NCBI GenBank assembly: GCA_038845975.1
Contig: JAWBQF010000002.1
Location: 93,652-157,651, forward strand
Source of the DNA: Candidatus Methanomethylicia archaeon
GTDB lineage: Archaea; Thermoproteota; Methanomethylicia; CALHIW01
Reading direction: 5' to 3'
DNA: 64,000 nucleotides
Shown one piece after another: positions 63,117-64,000 of the stretch. Every line of letters starts with the position of its first letter. Position 1 is the stretch's first letter. A program made the position numbers and the translations under genes. The notes beneath the pieces were generated by a model. It was not told the DNA's origin. It worked only from the letters and a program-made list of their open reading frames with translations, and searched no databases.

Positions 63117-63497
63117 ATGGTAAAGGTTAGTGAGCATTTGGAGAACGCTATAAAATTTTATGAAATTGGAGTTAGCGAGTATGAAGATGGTAAGAGAAAG
63201 GGAAATTTAATTTTAATGCGTGAGGGGTGTGAAAAGATTTTCCACGCTTACATTGAAGCTTGCTCTGCATTAATTCAGAAGAACGGATTACCAGAGCCTG
63301 AATCTCATGGGGGGAGAGCTGCAATTTTAAGTAAACTAGGTGAGAAAAGCTTAGTAGAGATAGGTAGGGATGCTTTCGTCTATCTTCATAAATATGCTTA
63401 TTATGATTCTGAAATTCTCTTAGAAGAAGTTGATTATAGCATTAAAAAAGTTGGAAAGGCAATAAACTACATTCAAAGAAAAGTTACTAAAGCGTAA
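63117..63497 (+). CDS. PaREP1/HEPN-like protein
   Basis: REGCEKIFHA, P.SH, LH..AYYD helical pattern; likely start is ATG 63117. Confidence 0.7.
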   Translation: MVKVSEHLENAIKFYEIGVSEYEDGKRKGNLILMREGCEKIFHAYIEACSALIQKNGLPEPESHGGRAAILSKLGEKSLVEIGRDAFVYLHKYAYYDSEILLEEVDYSIKKVGKAINYIQRKVTKA

Positions 63498-63676
63498 CTA
63501 ATATTCTAGATTTTAAGAGCTAAGCATATTTCTATTAGGATCAATTAGTTTAAAGCTTAAACTTTAAGATATCATTAGATTTACTCTTATTTCCAGTGAA
63601 CTATAGGTTTCTGATTAAGCTAGTTCAATACTCCAAATAATGTTAACTGCTAATATTCTCTATTATAGAGACTGAG

Positions 63677-64000
63677 GATACTGTCAAGTTATCGGTATTG
63701 CTGGCGGTCTTCCTAGGGTTTGATGCGGCCTTATGAAGTTGTACCATGGGATGAAGAGCCTTATGAAGAGTTTATCTTGAAGATAGGCTTTTCCTTATTG
63801 GGAAGTTGTTGAAGAAGCGCTTAGTCCTGGCTTTCATGGTTCTAAACCATCGTTCAATACGGTTCCTCTCACCGAAGGTTCTATGGACCCATTCAAGCCC
63901 AAGGGCTTGAAGCGCCTCAGGATACCAAGGACCCTTATCAACGAGGATAATGGGCTTGTTCACGCATGCTTCCAGAACCTTCCTCAGAAAGGCTTCATGT
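63677..64000 (-). mobile_element. IS6-family element, 3' end; continues beyond the window
   Basis: TIR gatactgtcaagtt at 63677; LVDKGPWY...RNRIERWFRTMKARTKRF, then a frameshifted WYNFIRPHQTLG; visibly higher GC than the host. Confidence 0.92.

Overview
AT-rich archaeal chromosome segment; gene content and order point to a TACK/Thermoproteota-type archaeon (inference). Housekeeping content: branched-chain amino-acid ABC transporter genes, larE-family, truD, valS, dcd, thiL, acyl-CoA dehydrogenase, a PAPS-reductase-family Fe-S protein, a class II HDAC, tungsten AOR plus an HpcH aldolase, a 10-gene purine operon (purC-F-F'-D-T-E-M-S-L-Q), two PAC2 chaperones, a radical SAM AmrS, queT-queC, a core methionine synthase and an SSS symporter. 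The spacers are full of decayed DNA: at least 8 IS6-family relics, a ~60-bp MITE family (7 copies, most with ~9-bp target duplications), a second ~70-90-bp MITE family, and pseudogenes (two ATPases, a CARDB surface protein, leuD/hacB). The best candidate for something new is a ~100-nt GC-rich structured 5' leader (57458-57560). It starts at the predicted TSS of queT-queC, has alternative folds that hide or expose the Shine-Dalgarno, and carries preQ1-II-like elements (AUUAC, AAGGAG), so it may be an archaeal preQ0/preQ1 riboswitch. An HhH glycosylase-fold gene follows queC and could act in deazaguanine salvage. I saw no tRNA, rRNA or CRISPR array. All family assignments come from motif recognition by eye, not database searches.
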